A stretch of 64,000 nt of DNA from Moniliella sp. 'wahieum' (Eukaryota), in contig RSEE01000032.1 in assembly GCA_003971905.1 (NCBI GenBank), positions 434,001 through 498,000 on the forward strand. The letters run 5' to 3'. The position numbers and the translations under genes were made by a program. The notes below the pieces were generated by a model that did no database searches, was not told where the DNA came from, and saw nothing but the letters and a program-made list of their open reading frames with translations. This document shows, in pieces, positions 61,821-64,000 of the stretch (its first letter is position 1; each line of letters opens with the position of its first letter).

Positions 61821-64000
61821 ATGGCCGCTGTCCCGCAACAAGCCCAGGCCCAAATCCATGCCGGCCCGCCCCTGCGCGCGCGCCAGGTGGGCCAGGCCAT
61901 CATGGCGCCTGAGGGTGTGTACAAATGCGTCTCGTCCCTTCCACCCCCAGGTAGTTCACGTTCACCGGCGTGGTCGGTGCCTCTTTCGGCGGTTCTTCCC
62001 TAGGCGCAGACAACAAGCCCGCCGCGCCGGTTCAGCCCCCCCGCCCTGGGCACTACGACAAGCATCACGATTCTCACGGACACCCGGCGTACCAAGGCGG
62101 CATGCTCGGCGTGAACGGCTCTTCTGGCTTGCCGGCTATGTCCTCATCGGCTTTGACTTCTTCAGGGTCAGCCTTAAACCAGATCACGGGCGGCAATGCT
62201 CCCCTCAGCGTGTTGGTTCAAGCACAGCAGCCACGCCAACCCCCCCCGCCTCGAGTGGCACTCCTTACTTTGCGTTATCACAAGAACGGTAGCCACCACA
62301 TCGAGTTTCCCTCGGAGGCCCTGCATGCCGCTGCGCTCTCTCGCGTCCTTCGTGACGCAACTTTCATTGGCCAGGGAACCATTCCCACTCCACCCCCACA
62401 AGAGGAGCAGCCTAGCAATCCAATTGCTGCCATTGCTCAGTATCGGCAGCAGACGGCCACAGGCCTCTCCTCACTTCTCCAGCCTCAACTGGCCGAGGTG
62501 GGACCCTCACTTCCCCTGTCCGACCCGGATGAGCAAGCTGGGGCGGATGCGTATGGCAAACGTGGGTCCGCCGCACCTTCCGCAACGTCCGAGCCATTTG
62601 TCACACGTTACTCGCCCAATCCCGACCTGCAGCGCATTCTCGCCAAGCCCGAAGGATCTGGGGAGAGTGAGACGTTCGCATTTGTCAGTTTGGACAAGAT
62701 GCTCGTCTGGCTCCTGGATGTCGGGGGGCGCAAGTCTAAAGAACCTTTAACCAGGGTCACCTTTGCCCAACCCATCACCGCGGTTAGCGTCAATGGTGCC
62801 TCGGCCCGTCCCGGACCTCGCCCTGCATCCAAGGTCGAGACTGGTTCTGCTGCTCTTTCACCTGAATTTTCGAGCCAGGGCAGCCCGAACAGCGACGCGA
62901 CACCAGATAAACGATCTTCCCGCCTGCTCGTGGCCGGGTGGACGTTGCTTTGGGCTTTTCCACGGGGGACGTGGTCTGGCTCGACCCAGTCAATGGCCGC
63001 TGGTCCCATATGAACGCCGGGGGCTGCCTGCACAAGGCACCTGTCACGAGTCTCAAGTGGGTGCCGGGCACGTTCCTCATCTTTGTCGCATTTGCTGATG
63101 GTTTTGTTCTACTGCTCGAGGCTGGTCGGGCTGATTGGCGCCCACACATCCCCAGTTTGAACCAAGCCCGGCCCAAGCCCACTGATGCTTACTGCCACGC
63201 ATGGATCCCGAAGCAAAGTCGTCCTATGCTTGTGCAGAGAATTACGAAAGATAAGTCACCCAAGGCCAAGCCCATTCAGCCGACGAAAGACCAGCAACGG
63301 GGGATTCCAGGGGCTGACGATGATCAAGAGATTTAGAGGATGCAGGTGGAATGGCTTCCTTTGATCCACCCCCAAATGTAAACACCGACCAAAATGACTA
63401 CGCCTTGGTCGATACCTGGGACGAAGAAAAGTGCTTGTAACCCACCCGGGCGACCCCGTACAAACTGAACATGGGCCCAACCTCCTTGATGGACTGGCAC
63501 AGGCCGTTCCCATCTCAATGTTGGGTACACCCTCCGCTGATATGCCCCGAGCAGGCGACCAAATGCCGTTCAAGTTGGTAAACCCCGTCAGCGCATGGCG
63601 CGTGTCCAAACATCGGATCACCGATTTTGCGTTTGCCCCACCCGAGCCGAACGAGGGATCGGATCCGAGCATGGTCAGTCTCGGGACATCGGCTGGCCAA
63701 ACGGAACCGTCTCTCTCCCATGGTCTCCTCTTGTGGCTGTTACGGACGCCGCGGGCAACCTGCGGGTTATTGACATGGAGAACGAGGCGCCACTGCACAC
63801 TTGGAAGTCCTACTTCGGAGGGTTAACTTCGGTCGCTTGGTCCCCTGACGGTCGCTTCCTTGCCACTGGAGGAGAAGATGATCTTCTCACACTTTGGGCC
63901 CCACGGGAAGGACGGTTGGTGGCGCGAGCCCAAGGCCATACGAGCTTTGTGTCGAGCCTTGCGTTTGACCCATGGAGGTGGCCGGTGGAAAAGCGTACCT
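61821..64000 (+). CDS. creC: WD40 protein, CreC/WDR20-like; runs off the window end
   Basis: KEPLTRVTF, LDVALGFSTGDVVWLDP, VTSLKWVPG, NPVSAWRVS, KSYFGGLTSVAWSPDGRFLATGGEDDL, VARAQGHTSFVSSLAFDPWR. Confidence 0.88.

Noticed and set aside
78..64000. Pervasive frameshifts read as mass pseudogenisation or programmed frameshifting/editing
   Set aside because: The breaks are 1-nt indels, often in homopolymers, and hit essential genes (RPS15, MSS4, GTPase) whose motifs are otherwise intact; unpolished long-read error is much more likely.

Overview
Gene-dense, GC-rich fungal chromosomal segment. Short GT-AG introns with CTRAC branch sites and the gene set suggest a basidiomycete, probably smut-like; the taxon cannot be fixed from this window. 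Nearly every gene is broken by 1-nt indels, including essential ones (RPS15, MSS4), which looks like an unpolished long-read assembly, so CDS ends are approximate. Recognisable genes: Ctr copper transporter, MSS4 PI4P 5-kinase, DHA1 MFS transporter, Ssp120-like EF-hand protein, a LAMMER-like pseudokinase, GNL1/Lsg1-like GTPase, GH5 glucanase, dual-specificity phosphatase, Zn2Cys6 and C2H2 transcription factors, MBOAT wax-synthase-type acyltransferase, I9 protease inhibitor, RPS15, complex I NUXM subunit and a CreC-like WD40 protein. There are also three intron-containing tRNA genes and a four-LTR non-autonomous retroelement with a TCCAC target-site duplication next to tRNA-Phe. The most unusual signal is intergenic: dozens of 7-bp-period arrays of the form TNA-[4-bp palindrome]-TNA, using at least 12 different palindromic cores and sometimes switching core while staying in register. 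This suggests an unexplained footprint-generating or hairpin-based mutational process rather than ordinary microsatellites.
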